DNA of 63,358 bases, filler included, from Lenisia limosa (Eukaryota > Protista > Breviatea): the NCBI GenBank assembly GCA_001655205.1. It is 4 parts of 4 records of this genome, joined end to end, with 100 filler letters (N's around TTAATTAATTAA, not from the genome) between each part and the next. Parts side by side here need not be neighbours in the genome. Positions count along the whole stretch, not along the records: positions 62,089 to 63,358 come from LPNZ01003270.1; 3 more parts are not named here. One strand, written 5' to 3'. This document shows positions 62,137 through 63,358 of this stretch, one piece after another. The position numbers were made by a program, and so were the translations under genes. Position 1 is the first letter of the stretch, and the number at the start of each line of letters is the position of its first letter. Below the pieces are notes generated by a model, which was given only the letters and a program-made list of their open reading frames with translations, was not told the origin of the DNA and ran no database searches.

Positions 62137-62280
62137 TGGGATGCGGTGCTGTAGAAGCAGCTGTCCTGGGCATTGTTTGTTTTGTTGTTGTCAACCCTCG
62201 TGTGTCTCGTGTGTTGTCAGCCAACAGAATTGATTTTTTTTGTTTCATAAATTTTCAAATTTTACTCCCCCCCCCCCCCC
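62137..62280 (+). mobile_element. Intron-3'-end repeat family A copy
   Basis: gggatgcggtgctgtagaagcagctgtcctgggcattgtttgttttgttg..caaccctcgtg..gtcagccaacagaattgatt..tttcataaattt..ttttactccccc, then an N gap. Confidence 0.85.
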
Positions 62281-62404
62281 NNNNNNNNNNNNNNNNNNNN
62301 NNNNNNNNNNNNNNNNNNNNNNNNNNNNNNNNNNNNNNNNNNNNNNNNNNNNNNNNNNNNNNNNNNNNNNTTCCCAGGCTCTTGGTGAGGGTGGGTATTA
62401 GGTC

Positions 62405-62546
62405 ACTCATGTCGCAAAAAGTCCGATATAATATCGATAATTAAATTTTCGGTATTTTTTAATACCGAAATGTAGCCTGAGGAACAATTGATGATGACGA
62501 GGAAATATCGAGAAATTCAGGCTTTTATGGGATTGTAGGGAAGCCT
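62405..62546 (-). mobile_element. MITE family B, longer degenerate copy
   Basis: Ends in atatcgagaaattcaggcttttatgggattgtagggaagcct|TA. Confidence 0.7.
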
Positions 62547-62882
62547 TATCCACAACTAAACTTAAGCATTGCAGGATCTAATGGGTTTTTGTTTTGTTTT
62601 TCTTTTCAAACTTTATGAGAAGTACTTTCCGAAGGACTTGTTTTTTTTTTATTATTATTCTTTCCAATGTTACCACCCGCAGCTACCAGAAACAATCTTT
62701 TTTTTTTTTTCAGTTTTTAATTTTCACATATTTTTCGCCGCCCCTGGTACTTTTATTGAAAAAATATCCATATATCTTCTCATTTCCATATGCCTCATCC
62801 CCCAGATAATGCTTTTTTTTCTTATATCTCTTGCAACCCTAGATAGGATATTTTCTTATTTCTACATCTGTTACCACCTCAG

Positions 62883-63358
62883 ACGAAATCATTCGCCAAG
62901 TCTCTATCAACTGTGCAGAGAGAGGACTTTTACTCGTAAGCAATTTTGTGGAGTTGATTTAAGACCTTCCCTCCCTACTATTAATTATCGATATTAATCA
63001 TGGTTTTATGGAGAAATTTGGTAGTTTTCAACCCAAATTTTTATGGTACGATGACATTCTGATTTTTTTTTTGTTTATCCGTTCTTCGACAGCATTTGAG
63101 CACTTCCTGTTACAGTTGATCCTTTCCGTGCCCCACAAATCCATTTGTCTATCCCTTGTTTTATTTCTCATCTCTACATATCATCGCCATCACCTACATT
63201 GTATCTTTATTTGATCAAAACGCAAAACGCAAAATGCAAGGTAATCACGTTCCAGCTCCGCATTCGTGACGAAATCAAAATGACCCTCGACGCCTACAAG
63301 ACACTTTACGAGTCATCGACCGCTTTTGGCATGAGGAAGGCGCTTTTGGAAGAGCATG
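62883..63358 (+). CDS. DNALI1: Axonemal inner-arm dynein light intermediate chain p28 homolog (partial; two exons; continues past the right edge)
   Basis: Exons 62883-62935 and 63256-63358 join in phase: DEIIRQVSINCAERGLLL|LRIRDEIKMTLDAYKTLYESSTAFGMRKALLEEH, matching the conserved p28 core (DELIRQVTINCAERGLLLLRVRDEIRMT..YQTLYESS.AFGMRKAL). Confidence 0.9.

Noticed and set aside
1-63358. rRNA, tRNA, snoRNA or autonomous transposase genes
   Set aside because: No recognisable cloverleaf, rRNA signature, clear C/D or H/ACA boxes, or DDE/RT motifs found by eye.

Overview
Intron-rich, AT-rich eukaryotic (protist-like) draft genome sequence. There are no prokaryotic operons, rRNA/tRNA genes or CRISPR arrays that I can support. 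The window is not contiguous: three identical 100-bp artificial spacers (44 N + TTAATTAATTAA + 44 N) join four separate scaffolds (about 1-15635, 15736-39982, 40083-61988, 62089-63358), and many internal N gaps abut poly-G/poly-C runs. I assembled genes by hand from GT..AG exons. They include a GYGD K+ channel of the cyclic-nucleotide-gated/KCNH type, an RWD-RBR E3 ligase, a SMYD methyltransferase, a CK1-like kinase, a 66-aa protein resembling the survivin/Bir1 helix alone, ankyrin genes, a decayed ankyrin/kinase/ART patch, a type I membrane protein, a long coiled-coil protein, a Ulp1-like peptidase, a secreted Sushi+RCC1-like protein, EFM7 and DNALI1/p28. The most interesting non-coding signal is a ~130-bp repeat family that supplies the 3' end and acceptor AG of 6-7 introns in unrelated genes (introner-like or acceptor-donating element). 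At least two TA-flanked TIR (MITE) families, a perfect 40-bp hairpin and many short tandem duplications are also present. Gene boundaries are approximate where exon chains are incomplete.
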